A DNA stretch of 62,089 nucleotides, counting the filler. It is 5 parts of 5 records of this genome, joined end to end, with 100 filler letters (N's around TTAATTAATTAA, not from the genome) between each part and the next. Parts side by side here need not be neighbours in the genome. Positions count along the whole stretch, not along the records: positions 1 to 13,049 come from SRR20825010_2101; 4 more parts are not named here. The stretch is one strand, 5' to 3'. Under the pieces are notes generated by a model. That model had not been told where the DNA came from, searched no databases, and worked only from the letters and a program-made list of their open reading frames with translations. Shown here one piece after another: positions 1 through 8,965 of this stretch. Numbering within the stretch: position 1 is the stretch's first letter; each line of letters begins with the position of its first letter. The position numbers and the translations under genes were made by a program.

Positions 1-233
1 GTCTTTCAGGCTGGTTCGCAATCTAGGCGCACTTTTGAAGGCATGCTGGTTGCCTGTCGAAAGAGTGCAACAACGAGTGCGGGCCAGCCTGGAAGACCCG
101 AAGGGCGTGACCTGAAGCGCACATCTGCTGAGTTTTGTCTCTAGGAAAGGGAACCACCCTGTCCGTCGAGACAAAACTCAACATCTGCACGCTTCAGGCC
201 ACGCTGAGCACGCAAGGAGTTTTCCAGAGGCTC
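1..233. mobile_element. Non-coding MITE-like / dispersed structured repeat, left end cut by the window edge
   Basis: Two long hairpins: 1-20 pairs with 78-97; 105-119 with 190-204; inner 129-141 with 168-180 is perfect. Ends in GAGTTTTCCAGAGGCTC (217-233), which resembles an IS-type terminal repeat. Confidence 0.6.
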
Positions 234-266
234 CTTTTACTGTGCCATTAGCCGAAGGCAGACACC

Positions 267-1862
267 ATGCAGTTTGATTACATCATAGTCGGCGCCGGTT
301 CTGCCGGCTGCGTACTCGCCAACCGTCTTTCCGAAAATCCGAATAATCGCGTGTGCCTGCTCGAAGCCGGCCCTGCCGATAACAGCCTTTTCATTCGGAT
401 ACCCGCGGGCATCATTTTGATGATGCGCTCCAACGCGCGAAACTGGCGCTATTACACCGTACCGCAGAAGGCCCTCAATAACCGCCAGCTCTATATTCCC
501 CGCGGAAAAACCCTGGGTGGCTCCTCCGCCGTTAATGCCATGTGCTACACGCGAGGTCACAAATGGGACTATGACCAGTGGGCGGAACTGGGCAATAAAG
601 GCTGGGGCTTCGATGATGTCCTGCCTGTTTTCAAACGCTCCGAGCATTATGAAGCCGGTGAAAGCACTTACCACGGTACCGGCGGCAAGCTAAACATCGC
701 CGACCTGCGCTACACACATCCGGTAAGCAACGCCTTTATCAAAGCCGGCGTGGAAGCCGGCCACCCCGCCACCGACGACTTCAATAATGATGTCCAGGAA
801 GGCGTGGGCATGTACAAGGTCAACCAGAAGGATGGTGAGCGCTGCGGGGTATCCAAAGCCTACTTGCACCCGGTAATGGACCGCCCCAACCTGACCATCA
901 TGACCAATGCGCTGGTCAATCGCGTCCTGTTCGAAGGCAAGCGAGCCATTGGTGTGGAAGTGGAACACAACGGGCAGATTCGCACCCTGAAAGCGGACAA
1001 TGAAGTCATCCTGTCCGGCGGCGCCATCAATTCGCCACAAGTACTGAAGTTGTCCGGGGTGGGCCCGGCTGCCGAGCTGGCCGAACACAATATCCCGCTG
1101 GTTCACGAGCTACCCGGTGTCGGCGAGAACCTGCAGGACCACCCGGACGCACTGGTTGTACACAAAAGCCTGCGCAAGGACACCTTGAGCCTGGCACCCG
1201 GCGCACTGCTCACCACTGGCCTGAAAGGGATCTTCAATTTCTTCTACCGCCGTAACGGCCAGCTCACCTCCAATGTGGCGGAAGCCGGCGGCTTTATTAA
1301 ATCCCGCCCGAAAGAGACGATCCCGGACCTGCAGCTGCACCTGACCGCGGCCAAGCTGGACAATCACGGCCTCAATACCTTGTTCAGCATGGGCTACGGC
1401 TACTCCGCCCACGTCTGCATCCTGCGGCCAAAAAGCCGCGGCAGCATCACCTTGCGTGATGCCAACCCGCGATCGCCGGCATTGATCGACCCGCGCTTTC
1501 TGGAACACCCGGATGACATGGAAGGGATGGTGCGCGGCGTAAAGGCCGTTCGCAAAATCCTGGCGCAACAGGCACTCGACGATTGGCGTGGCGATGAAAT
1601 CTTCCCGGGCAAGGACGCACAAAGCGATGAAGAAATTCGCGAGTTCCTGCGTCAGAAGTGCGACAACATCTACCACCCCGTGGGCACCTGCAAAATGGGC
1701 AGTGATGACATGGCGGTAGTGGACGCGGAACTGCGCGTACACGGCCTGGAAGGCCTGCGCGTAGTAGATGCTTCCATCATGCCAACACTGATTGGCGGTA
1801 ACACCAATGCCCCGACCGTGATGATTGCCGAAAAAGCGGCTGACGCCATTCTCGGCAAGTAA
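267..1862 (+). CDS. GMC family FAD oxidoreductase (AlkJ/choline dehydrogenase-like alcohol dehydrogenase)
   Basis: N-terminal GAGSAG, RGKTLGGSSAVN, GENLQDH, YHPVGTCKMG and GGNTNAP motifs. Confidence 0.93.
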   Translation: MQFDYIIVGAGSAGCVLANRLSENPNNRVCLLEAGPADNSLFIRIPAGIILMMRSNARNWRYYTVPQKALNNRQLYIPRGKTLGGSSAVNAMCYTRGHKWDYDQWAELGNKGWGFDDVLPVFKRSEHYEAGESTYHGTGGKLNIADLRYTHPVSNAFIKAGVEAGHPATDDFNNDVQEGVGMYKVNQKDGERCGVSKAYLHPVMDRPNLTIMTNALVNRVLFEGKRAIGVEVEHNGQIRTLKADNEVILSGGAINSPQVLKLSGVGPAAELAEHNIPLVHELPGVGENLQDHPDALVVHKSLRKDTLSLAPGALLTTGLKGIFNFFYRRNGQLTSNVAEAGGFIKSRPKETIPDLQLHLTAAKLDNHGLNTLFSMGYGYSAHVCILRPKSRGSITLRDANPRSPALIDPRFLEHPDDMEGMVRGVKAVRKILAQQALDDWRGDEIFPGKDAQSDEEIREFLRQKCDNIYHPVGTCKMGSDDMAVVDAELRVHGLEGLRVVDASIMPTLIGGNTNAPTVMIAEKAADAILGK

Positions 1863-1934
1863 CAAAGCAGCAACGCTGGCTGAGGACCGGGGGATGGGAC
1901 GCCACACGGCAACCGCCCCGCCTGCGAAGAATGG

Positions 1935-1963
1935 GTAGGAGTTCCCTTCCAGGGGACTCCTAC
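1935..1963. repeat. GTAG-type REP-like hairpin
   Basis: GTAGGAGTTCCCT-TCC-AGGGGACTCCTAC, 13-bp stem with one G-U, downstream of the GMC gene. Confidence 0.5.
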
Positions 1964-2046
1964 TACGGCTTCGTAGAAAACCCGAAAGCTGGAGCACGTT
2001 TCCAGCCTTTACTATCTATCATGTTGTAGCTCGCAACTCGTCGCTT

Positions 2047-2075
2047 GTTTCACCCTACTGTCATATTTTTTTTAC
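2047..2075 (+). promoter_or_regulatory. Candidate Pho box (PhoB site)
   Basis: GTTTCAC-n4-CTGTCAT-n4-TTTTTAC: three half-sites at 11-bp period, the middle one a perfect CTGTCAT, about 50 nt upstream of the ATG at 2124. Confidence 0.45.
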
Positions 2076-2123
2076 ACACTGCCCCCCTTCTGGTGATTGC
2101 GTGATATCCGTTTGGGGGGATGT

Positions 2124-3770
2124 ATGGTCGATGCAGTTTCATCACCGCGTGCACAATTGGTCGAGTTGTTGTGGCAGCTTAAACAGAATTTTGATCAGGA
2201 AAATGACAGCAATCTGCGATTTGTTCATTTCAACACGCTGCTGAACGACCCGGTCTACCGAGCGGAAATCATTACCCGCGCTATTCAAAGTGACAACCGA
2301 AAAATCCGGGCGCTGGGGCTGAAGCTGCAGGAAGCCAACCGGGACGGCGTATTGCTCCACAAGCGCCCTTCCGCCAACCTGCCGACCACACTGACTAACC
2401 CGGATATCGCGGAAACCCTGGGCAGCCGACACACCACCACCAGCAAACCGTCAGGCATGTATGCCTGGTTGGCCCTTGCCCTCGTGGTGCTGTGCATAAC
2501 GGGGTACTTCGCCTATAACCCGGTACGGCAAATGATCGCCGGACAGCAAACCATAAAAGGCTCCCTGTTCGGGCAAAACACCTGGCACGCCGGCACTACC
2601 TGGGTACTGGATGGCATTGTCTATGTGGAAGCAGGCGGCAGTCTGACCATCGAACCGGGCACACGCATTGAAGGCAAACCCGGTTCCGCCCTGGTGATTA
2701 CCCGGGACGCCACCCTGTTTTCCCGTGGCCAGGAAAACGCCCCCATCGTATTCACCAGCACCCAGCCCGAAGGCACCCGCACTGCCGGTGACTGGGGCGG
2801 TGTGGTCATGCTAGGCAGCGCGCCGGTGAACGTGGCCAACGCGCATATTGAAGGCATTCCCGACGGCGATACCCGGGGAGCCTTTGGCGGCAGCGATGCG
2901 GACAGTTCCTGCGGCGTGATGGAATACACTCGCGTGGAGTTCGCCGGCTTCGAGGTTTACGCCAACAATGAACTCAATGGCCTGACCCTGGGCGGCTGTG
3001 GCAGCAGCACTATTGTTCGCAATGTGCAGGTCCATCGCGCGCTGGACGATGGTATCGAAGTGTTTGGTGGCACCGTGGATCTCAAGCACATCATTATTAC
3101 CGGTGCTGCGGATGATTCACTGGACTGGGATATGGGCTGGCGTGGCCGGGTACAGTTTCTGGTGGCGCAGCAGCATGCCAATGTGGGTGACAATGCCTTT
3201 GAAGGCGATAACCTCAAGGCGAATCCGGATGCCACGCCCATTTCCGCGCCGGTCATGTATAACGTGACCCTGATCAGCCCGCGCAGCCATGAAAAGTACC
3301 ACCGTGCGATGACCCTCAAAGTGGGCTCCGGCGGGCATTTCAACAACATGATTATTGACGGCTTCTCCGGGGAAACCATCGACCTGAAAGGCGGCGAGAC
3401 CGTGCGCCGGATTCAGGAAGGCGAGCTCACCTTCAACAGCATGATGGTTCATAAGGTCGGCAACCGGGGCCTGACGTTCTTCGACGCAGAAAGCATGGAC
3501 AATGATGACGACAACGGTTTTGACGAGCGTCGTTACTTCCAGAGCCGTACCGTGGGTGCGCAGTTTGGCACCGACCCGCTGCTGACTCGCGATGCCACCA
3601 GCACGTCCCACCCGGATTTTGCCCCCACCTCACGCTCGCCTGCGCGCAATGGCGCCACGGCGATTCCGCAGGGAGAGTTCTGGGATGAAGCAGCGGATTA
3701 TCTCGGTGCCATGCGCCCGGGCAGCGCGCAAACGTGGGCAGATAACTGGACGGCGTTCCCGTTGAATTAA
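2124..3770 (+). CDS. Hypothetical single-pass membrane protein with extracytoplasmic right-handed beta-helix-like domain
   Basis: ATG 2124 after GGGGGA; about 110-aa soluble N-terminus; TM segment YAWLALALVVLCITGYFAY; then LTIEPGT, GDWGGVVMLG, NELNGLTLGG, DDGIEVFGG and DDSLDWD motifs. Confidence 0.8.
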   Translation: MVDAVSSPRAQLVELLWQLKQNFDQENDSNLRFVHFNTLLNDPVYRAEIITRAIQSDNRKIRALGLKLQEANRDGVLLHKRPSANLPTTLTNPDIAETLGSRHTTTSKPSGMYAWLALALVVLCITGYFAYNPVRQMIAGQQTIKGSLFGQNTWHAGTTWVLDGIVYVEAGGSLTIEPGTRIEGKPGSALVITRDATLFSRGQENAPIVFTSTQPEGTRTAGDWGGVVMLGSAPVNVANAHIEGIPDGDTRGAFGGSDADSSCGVMEYTRVEFAGFEVYANNELNGLTLGGCGSSTIVRNVQVHRALDDGIEVFGGTVDLKHIIITGAADDSLDWDMGWRGRVQFLVAQQHANVGDNAFEGDNLKANPDATPISAPVMYNVTLISPRSHEKYHRAMTLKVGSGGHFNNMIIDGFSGETIDLKGGETVRRIQEGELTFNSMMVHKVGNRGLTFFDAESMDNDDDNGFDERRYFQSRTVGAQFGTDPLLTRDATSTSHPDFAPTSRSPARNGATAIPQGEFWDEAADYLGAMRPGSAQTWADNWTAFPLN

Positions 3771-3838
3771 TGTATCGAGGGCTGAATGTCGGCTTACGGC
3801 TACGCCTAAGCCGACCTGCGGGACTGTCCGCGATACAT
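3770..3838. repeat. REP-like nested hairpin
   Basis: GTCGGCTTA (3788-3796) / TAAGCCGAC (3807-3815) followed by CTGC (GCAG on the minus strand), nested inside ATGTATCG / CGATACAT. Confidence 0.55.
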
Positions 3839-3841
3839 CAG

Positions 3842-3930
3842 TCGAAAGTTCAAAGTGAAAAGTTGAAAAGGAAAACCGGGGGAGCTTTTCCGGCTCCCCT
3901 GTCTGAGCTTGTAGCTTGTAGCTTGTAGCT
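3842..3930. repeat. Heptamer tandem arrays flanking a hairpin at a convergent gene junction
   Basis: TCGAAAG TTCAAAG TGAAAAG TTGAAAA; hairpin GGGGAGC/GCTCCCC at 3879-3899; (AGCTTGT)x3.5 at 3906-3930. Confidence 0.8.
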
Positions 3931-5474
3931 CAGACTCTCACCTCGGTCTGCACTTTTTTCGCCGCGCGCCCCATCATCTCGATGACTTTCTCACGGTCGC
4001 GCGTTCTCATGATGTCACTCTGCACGTGCAGACTGAAGCCTTCCGCTTCGTAGTCCACGGCCACCGTTTTGTCCTGTTTCAGGTCCGTGGCGGAACGGGC
4101 CAGGGTGCGTAAAATCGTGTTCTTGTCGAAATTACGGATACGCTCCAGATCGATGTGGATGCCAAAGCCATCGGTTTGCGCCGACACGTAACGGTTCTTT
4201 GCCCCCGCATCCCGTTTGGCACCTAATGCCTCGAACACCGGTATCGGCCGGTTAAAGCCCTTCACCTGAATGTCGCCCATGCTGCGGCACTGAATCCGGT
4301 TATTCACCAGCGCCTGGGTCGCCTCTGAGATCAGCACGCCGCCTGGCCGACAGGCGGATTCCAGGCGACTGGCCAAGTTCACATCCGTGCCCAGAATGGT
4401 GTAATCCATGCGCGAATCAGTGCCGAAGTTGCCCACCGTGGCGTAGCCGGTGTTAATACCAATACGGATTTCCAGCTTGTGGTCGATGCCTTCACGCTGC
4501 CAGCGCTGGCGTAGCAGCTTCATTTGTTCCTGCATCTCGATGGCCATCAGCACACACCGGTACGCATCTTCCTGGGCGCCTTCGCTTTTCGGGTCACCAA
4601 AAAAGATCATGACCGCGTCACCAATGAATTTATCGATGGTGCCACCGTGACGCAGGGCAATGCGCGTCATCTCACTCAGGTAGGTGTTCAGCATTTTGGT
4701 GAGAGTGGTCAACGGCAGCTCTTCGGAGATGGCACTGAATCCCTTGATGTCGGAAAAGAATACCGTCAGCCGTTTGCGCCGGGTTTCCAGTTTAGCGTCG
4801 CGTTTACCGGAAAAGATGGACCCCCATACCTGGGGCGGCAGATACTTGGCCAGCTTGCGCGACATATCCACCGCCTGCTTCTGCTGGCGACGCACCAATT
4901 CCTGGGCCTGTTTCAGGTAACGGGCCTGCAGGTGGGCAAACGCGGATGAGGCGCCCACATAAATACCCAGGCCAAGCATGGAAATAACCGACAGCAACAC
5001 CGGCGTCTGTTCCGGCGACAGCACCTGAAAGCCCAGCATCCAGCCCATCAGCAAAGCACCAACCCCGGTCATCAACACATTCAGCAACCAGGGCTTGAGG
5101 CCGCCACTGCTGACAGAATTGGCATGCACAATAATCAACAACACCATGGCCGGCACCAGCGCAAAATGGAGCAAGGCACAGACCAGGCCAATCACCATGG
5201 CGTCCGCCTGCATTAACAACTGGTGAACGGTTTTAGTGGGTCGGTCCTGCTTGTCAAACAGGAACAGCAGCCCCTGGGCGGACATGGGATAGATGAGCAG
5301 CCCCGCCACCCCCAGCATGTACAGCTCGGGGAACAGGTTCAGCTTCAGGCCCGCCATCAGAATCATGGCGGCCACCAGAAAAGCCAATAGCCGGATGTAG
5401 TTTGCCTGACGGCGCGCCCGCTCCATGGGGCCCAGCTGGGGGCGGCGAGCTTTCTTTTTCGTCATGGAGGTCAT
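3930..5474 (-). CDS. cyaB: Membrane-bound class III adenylate cyclase (MASE2-type membrane domain, CyaB-like)
   Basis: Multi-TM N-terminus; LTVFFSDIKGFS, DKFIGDAVM, RIGINTG and RMDYTILGTDVNLASRLES; Lys/Asp specificity residues indicate ATP. Confidence 0.88.
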   Translation of the reverse strand: MTSMTKKKARRPQLGPMERARRQANYIRLLAFLVAAMILMAGLKLNLFPELYMLGVAGLLIYPMSAQGLLFLFDKQDRPTKTVHQLLMQADAMVIGLVCALLHFALVPAMVLLIIVHANSVSSGGLKPWLLNVLMTGVGALLMGWMLGFQVLSPEQTPVLLSVISMLGLGIYVGASSAFAHLQARYLKQAQELVRRQQKQAVDMSRKLAKYLPPQVWGSIFSGKRDAKLETRRKRLTVFFSDIKGFSAISEELPLTTLTKMLNTYLSEMTRIALRHGGTIDKFIGDAVMIFFGDPKSEGAQEDAYRCVLMAIEMQEQMKLLRQRWQREGIDHKLEIRIGINTGYATVGNFGTDSRMDYTILGTDVNLASRLESACRPGGVLISEATQALVNNRIQCRSMGDIQVKGFNRPIPVFEALGAKRDAGAKNRYVSAQTDGFGIHIDLERIRNFDKNTILRTLARSATDLKQDKTVAVDYEAEGFSLHVQSDIMRTRDREKVIEMMGRAAKKVQTEVRV

Positions 5475-5643
5475 GTGAACGGTTTCACGCGATTTCTGCG
5501 AAGCTTAGCGGTTTCCCTTCTAAGAAAAAAGACTGGGATGACTAAAGGTCTACTATTCCTTGCCACCGGAAACCGGCACATCCTGCAACTGGGACTCATC
5601 TGCAATTCGAGCTACCATGGCGCCGTTGTAATAGGAGCCCTGA

Positions 5644-6201
5644 ATGGACACCCTCACCGCCCTGACCACCCGTGTATCCGCCCCACGCCTGGAAGCCCCC
5701 GGCCCCAGCGATGAGCAACTGGACATACTGCTGCGCGCGGCTATCCGTGCCCCGGATCATGGCCTGCTGCGCCCCTGGCGTTTTATCGTTTTACAGGGCC
5801 GCCAGCGCGAGCGCCTGGGCGACATCATGGTCGCCCATCTGCTGGAAGAACAACCCGACGCCGACGCCCGCGCCCAGGAGATCGCCCGCAGCAAGGCCCT
5901 GCGCGCCCCTACCATTATCGTGGCCGTGGCCGAAGTGACCGAGGGCCACAAGATTCCGGTCTGGGAACAGGTGCTTGCGGTGGGCGCTTCGGTGCAGAAC
6001 ATGATGCTCGCCGCCTACGAACAGGGTATTGGCGCCATGTGGCGCACCGGTGCCATGGCCAATTCCACCCTGGCCAAGGAAAAGCTCGGCTTCGCGGCCA
6101 AGGATCAGGTCGTCGCCTACCTGTACCTGGGCAAACCCGTGGGCAGCCTGAAATCCCTTCCCAGCGACAGCCCCGCTGATTTCATCCGCGAACTGCCATG
6201 A
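5644..6201 (+). CDS. Nitroreductase family protein (YdjA-like)
   Basis: R-x-S, APDHGLLRPWRF, QNMMLAA and AMWRTG motifs. Confidence 0.9.
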   Translation: MDTLTALTTRVSAPRLEAPGPSDEQLDILLRAAIRAPDHGLLRPWRFIVLQGRQRERLGDIMVAHLLEEQPDADARAQEIARSKALRAPTIIVAVAEVTEGHKIPVWEQVLAVGASVQNMMLAAYEQGIGAMWRTGAMANSTLAKEKLGFAAKDQVVAYLYLGKPVGSLKSLPSDSPADFIRELP

Positions 6202-6650
6202 TGGATCTGGCCGCGTTGGCAGAACAGGTTCGCGATGCCATTCCGCTTACCCGGCATCTGGATTTTCAGCTGGAGACCTTCGATGGTCAGTCGCTGACCC
6301 TTACCGCCCCACTGGCCCCCAACCACAACGACAAAGGCACTTTCTTTGCCGGCAGCCAGTCAGCCCTGCTGACCCTTGCAGGCTGGAGCCTGACTACCTT
6401 GCTGGCCCGACAAGCGGGTGCAACAGCGGATGTGGTTGCCGTTGAAACCGGCCTGAAGTACCTGCTGCCGCTGGACAGCGCCATGCATATCACTGCCTCG
6501 GCCAGCGCCGACGATATCCACCGCTTCGAGCAACGACTGAAACGCCGCGGGAAAGCTACACTGTCGATTTTGGCGCAGGGTGCCAGTGCCAATGGTGCAC
6601 GGGTCTGCGAATATCAGGGTCTTTATCTTGCGAGGATCGGATTGCCATGA
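6198..6650 (+). CDS. Hot-dog fold thioesterase (YiiD C-terminal domain family)
   Basis: IPLTRHL...APLAPNHNDKGTFFAGS...LAGW; ATGA overlap with the upstream gene. Confidence 0.82.
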   Translation: MMDLAALAEQVRDAIPLTRHLDFQLETFDGQSLTLTAPLAPNHNDKGTFFAGSQSALLTLAGWSLTTLLARQAGATADVVAVETGLKYLLPLDSAMHITASASADDIHRFEQRLKRRGKATLSILAQGASANGARVCEYQGLYLARIGLP

Positions 6651-7093
6651 CTGCTGACATCACCATTATTACCACCCACCTTTATTTGCTTGCGTATGCG
6701 GGCTGGGCACTGTTTCTGCTTATCCTGCTGATCACCGCCCGCTCCCTGGCCGTGTTGAGCGGCAAGAGCAAAGCGGACGGCTTTCCGCCTTACCACTACA
6801 ACCCGGCTTGCCCGCTCAACCGGCTGCATCGCGCTTACCAGAACACGCTGGAATTGCTCGGCGTTCTCATCGTTGTCGTGGCCACCGCATTGTGGCTCGG
6901 CAACACTGCACTGAGTGACACCCTTCTGCCCTGGATCGTTGCTGCCCGTGTGGCCCAGAGCACGATTCATCTGGTTGGCGTCAATCACTGGCTGGTACAA
7001 ATTCGCTTCGGCTTCTTCCTGGTTCAGGTGGCCCTGGTCAGCTGGCTGGCCGTGGATCAAGCCTGCTCGCTGCTGTCACTGCTCAAACCCTGA
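6647..7093 (+). CDS. MAPEG family membrane protein
   Basis: Hydrophobic; RLHRAYQNTLE and ARVAQSTIHL motifs; ATGA overlap. Confidence 0.82.
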   Translation: MTADITIITTHLYLLAYAGWALFLLILLITARSLAVLSGKSKADGFPPYHYNPACPLNRLHRAYQNTLELLGVLIVVVATALWLGNTALSDTLLPWIVAARVAQSTIHLVGVNHWLVQIRFGFFLVQVALVSWLAVDQACSLLSLLKP

Positions 7094-7112
7094 GCAACCG
7101 GCGGCGGGACGC

Positions 7113-7149
7113 TTGCCTCCCGCCGCGCCCTCCGGTACTCTACGCGCCC
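7113..7149 (+). promoter_or_regulatory. Sigma70 stable-RNA promoter for tRNA-Ser
   Basis: TTGCCT-17 bp-TACTCT followed by the GC-rich discriminator ACGCGCCC. Confidence 0.65.
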
Positions 7150-7184
7150 TCAAGAGTTGCCCAGTGCGCTTTTGACGACAATCT

Positions 7185-7272
7185 GGTGAGGTGTCCGAGT
7201 GGCCGAAGGAGCACGCCTGGAAAGTGTGTATACCGCAAGGTATCGAGGGTTCGAATCCCTCCCTCACCGCCA
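7185..7272 (+). tRNA. tRNA-Ser (anticodon GGA)
   Basis: GGTGAGG/CCTCACC acceptor stem, CT-GGA-AA anticodon loop, long variable arm, GGTTCGAATCC, CCA end. Confidence 0.97.
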
Positions 7273-7277
7273 AATAT

Positions 7278-7306
7278 AAAAGCCCCGCAAACGCGGGGCT
7301 TTTTTT
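7278..7306 (+). terminator. Rho-independent terminator after tRNA-Ser
   Basis: AAAAGCCCCGC-AAAC-GCGGGGCTTTTTTT. Confidence 0.9.
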
Positions 7307-7483
7307 ATGCCGCTTCGCGGCCGCAATACGGTTCACGCAACACACTCCCCCCCCAACCCTGCGGCCACAAGGTGGCAGCTCCCAGGCATTAGTGTCAGGC
7401 CTCAAGCGTATAGCGCTCCACCATCACTTGCCCGCGATTCACTCAACTCGCTAAAGTAGTCGTTCATTTTGCGGGGAATATCC

Positions 7484-8965
7484 ATGACTCATACCCACGG
7501 CTGGCTAGCTCGGTTGGAGCAGTTGGGCAACCGGCTCCCCCACCCTACCCTGTTATTTGTCTGGCTCTGCCTGCTGCTGCTTCCCCTCACCGCAATACTG
7601 GGCGCACTGGATATCACCGCGGTTCATCCTCTCACCGACGACACCATTAACGCTCGCTCGCTGCTTGACGGTGACGGCCTGCGCTATCTTTTCACCACGC
7701 TGGTGGGCAACTTCACCAGTTTTGCGCCACTGGGCGTGGTGCTGGTCGCCATGCTGGGGCTGGGTGTGGCAGAACAGTCCGGGCTGCTATCGGTGAGCCT
7801 GGCCAGCCTGGTACGACGCGCCTCCGGCAGCGCGCTGGTGTTCACTGTTGCGTTTGCCGGCGTGCTCTCCAGCCTGACCGTGGACGCCGGTTATGTGGTA
7901 CTCATTCCCCTCGCCGGGTTGGTATTCCAGCTGGCTGGGCGCTCCCCTATCGCAGGTATCGCCACCGCCTTTGCCGCCGTCTCCGGCGGCTTCAGCGCCA
8001 ACCTGCTGGTGGGGCCGGTGGACGCTACCCTGGCCGGATTGTCCACGGAAGCGGCGCATATTATTGCCCCGGAACGTACCGTGGATGCCACCGGCAATTA
8101 CTGGTTTATCATCGCGTCCACCTTTCTCGTCACCGGGCTGGTGACACTGGTCACAAGGACGCTGACCGAACCCCGACTGGCGCATTCCGGGGCTGCGACG
8201 GCCTCCTCCCCGGAGGTGCCACATATTCATCCCCGCGCCATGCGATGGACTGGTTTGACCCTGGTGGTGCTGCTCGCCGGGCTGGCGTTACTGGTATTGC
8301 CAGGTAACGCGCCACTGCGCCACCCCGAGACCGGCAGCGTGCTGGGCTCGCCATTCATTCATGGTCTGGTGGTCATCGTGGCATTGATTGCGGGGATCTG
8401 CGGGGCGGTCTACGGCCGGGTCAGTGGGCAATTTCGCAGCAGTGGCGACATTATCACCGCCATGGAAACCACCATGGCGTCCATGGCCGGGTATCTGGTG
8501 CTGATGTTCTTTGCTGCGCAATTCGTCGCCTGGTTTAACTACAGCCAACTGGGCCTGCTGCTGGCGGTGAAAGGCGCCGCCTGGCTTGGCGCCCTGTCGG
8601 CGCCTAAAGTGGTGCTACTATTACTGTTTGTGGTGCTCACCGCGCTGATAAATCTGATGATCGGTAGCGCCTCGGCCAAGTGGTCCATCCTCGCCCCGGT
8701 TTTCATTCCCATGCTGATGCTACTGGGCATTTCCCCCGAGGCCAGCCAGGCAGCCTACCGGGTTGGCGATTCCAGCACTAATATCATCACCCCATTGATG
8801 CCCTATTTCGTGCTGGTCCTGGGCTTCGCCCGGCGCTATCAACCGGAAACAGGCATCGGTACCTTGATTGCCCTGATGCTGCCCTACAGCCTGACACTGC
8901 TGCTGGGATGGTCTGTATTGCTGGGTGTTTGGATCGGGTTTGGCTGGCCGCTGGGGCCAGGCTGA
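7484..8965 (+). CDS. abgT: AbgT family transporter (YdaH-like)
   Basis: GNRLPHP, NFTSFAPLG, SGGFSAN, GSASAKW and YRVGDSSTNIITP motifs; closely resembles Alcanivorax YdaH as I recall it. Confidence 0.93.
   Translation: MTHTHGWLARLEQLGNRLPHPTLLFVWLCLLLLPLTAILGALDITAVHPLTDDTINARSLLDGDGLRYLFTTLVGNFTSFAPLGVVLVAMLGLGVAEQSGLLSVSLASLVRRASGSALVFTVAFAGVLSSLTVDAGYVVLIPLAGLVFQLAGRSPIAGIATAFAAVSGGFSANLLVGPVDATLAGLSTEAAHIIAPERTVDATGNYWFIIASTFLVTGLVTLVTRTLTEPRLAHSGAATASSPEVPHIHPRAMRWTGLTLVVLLAGLALLVLPGNAPLRHPETGSVLGSPFIHGLVVIVALIAGICGAVYGRVSGQFRSSGDIITAMETTMASMAGYLVLMFFAAQFVAWFNYSQLGLLLAVKGAAWLGALSAPKVVLLLLFVVLTALINLMIGSASAKWSILAPVFIPMLMLLGISPEASQAAYRVGDSSTNIITPLMPYFVLVLGFARRYQPETGIGTLIALMLPYSLTLLLGWSVLLGVWIGFGWPLGPG

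Noticed and set aside
7185..7480. tRNA-Ser as an integration site
   Set aside because: Followed by its terminator and a housekeeping-type transporter; no integrase or repeated 3' end seen
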